From positions 994,001 to 1,058,000 of the forward strand of contig CM075999.1 in NCBI GenBank assembly GCA_038087875.1: DNA of 64,000 nucleotides. Reading direction: 5' to 3'. This DNA comes from Malacoraja senta (Eukaryota). Both the position numbers and the translations under genes were made by a program. Below the pieces are notes generated by a model that saw nothing but the letters and a program-made list of their open reading frames with translations, was not told where the DNA came from and made no database searches. Shown here piece by piece: positions 63,203 through 64,000 of the stretch (positions within the stretch are counted from its first letter, which is position 1; each line of letters starts with the position of its first letter).

Positions 63203-63783
63203 ATTTTTGGAACAACAGAAGCAAGTTTGGAGCTGACTGCGTTTCAAAGGAGTTTTCTTAGTTATGGTTTATTAACGGCAAAAAAACTGATATTGAAATT
63301 TTGGAAAAATGCCCCTACGCCAACAATAAAAATGTGGACTTCTAATATGTCGGAATTGTTACATTTAGAAGATATGAGATTCCTCCTAGCAGGTAAACAA
63401 GACCAATTCCAAAAGATTTGGTTGCCATATATCGACTTATTACAAACATAGGGTGCAACAAAATGTTGATAGTAAATGGTTTTAGGACCTGGCGAGGGGT
63501 GAGTAAAGATAAGAAGTAGACACATCCCTTTCATATTGTCCTATCTTATTTTCTTTTTTCTCTTTTTTTCTTTTCTTCTTTAACTACTTCTCGTGGTTTA
63601 GGTTCACAAGAGTGTTCCTGGACCACTTTCATTCACTCACTGACTATCTTTGCTAGCTCTTTCTATCCTTCTTTCTATTAAAGTTGAAAAACAGAAGTGG
63701 TACAAGAATTGTATAAAATTATGTTATTGCAGATAACTGTAATGTAAAATACTTCTAATAAAAAATAAAAAAATAATAAAAAA
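63203..63783 (+). mobile_element. 5'-truncated L1 (ORF2 end, 3'UTR, A-rich tail) between 120-bp direct repeats
   Basis: IFG..YGLLTAKKLILKFWKNAPTPTIKMW..HLEDMRF..W.PYID matches the other L1 C-termini; duplication 63083-63202 / 63784-63903. Confidence 0.9.
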
Positions 63784-64000
63784 TAATAATGTTCGCACCG
63801 ATATTTCTTAAAGCTGGGAAGATTCCCTTAGCAAAAATAAATAAATATGTGTTTGTCTTTGATCTGTTCCTTGGATATTATTTTTACAGGACTATTGGGG
63901 ATTTTTTATTTCCTTGAAATAGGTTTGCTGTTAACTATGCTGAAAGCTCAAGAATTAGCTTGGACGAAGAAACTGACCTGTTTTCGGGTGTGGGCAAAAC

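Overview
Eukaryotic, repeat-saturated non-coding DNA, most likely intronic or intergenic sequence from a cartilaginous fish (skate/ray/shark). That assignment is inferred from abundant HE1-like tRNA-derived V-SINEs and their CR1-type partner LINEs. No host protein-coding exon, rRNA, tRNA gene or CRISPR array can be supported. Main contents: (1) a full-length L1 (908-7330) with intact ORF1, ORF2 broken only by two in-frame TAA stops, and a perfect 16-bp TSD, inserted into a Rex1/Babar LINE; (2) a decayed Penelope-like element (RT + GIY-YIG, 14-bp TSD); (3) about 20 short Penelope-terminus-derived insertions carrying a minimal type-I hammerhead-ribozyme motif, many with their own 11-18-bp TSDs and many in inverted pairs (the most notable system here); (4) a deleted PIF/Harbinger transposon with a transposase remnant, plus related MITEs; (5) many CR1 and SINE copies; (6) a solo LTR; (7) two 3' L1 fragments, one with a 120-bp flanking duplication; (8) two 200-N assembly gaps. 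Boundaries of old repeats are approximate, and family names come from motif recognition, not database searches.
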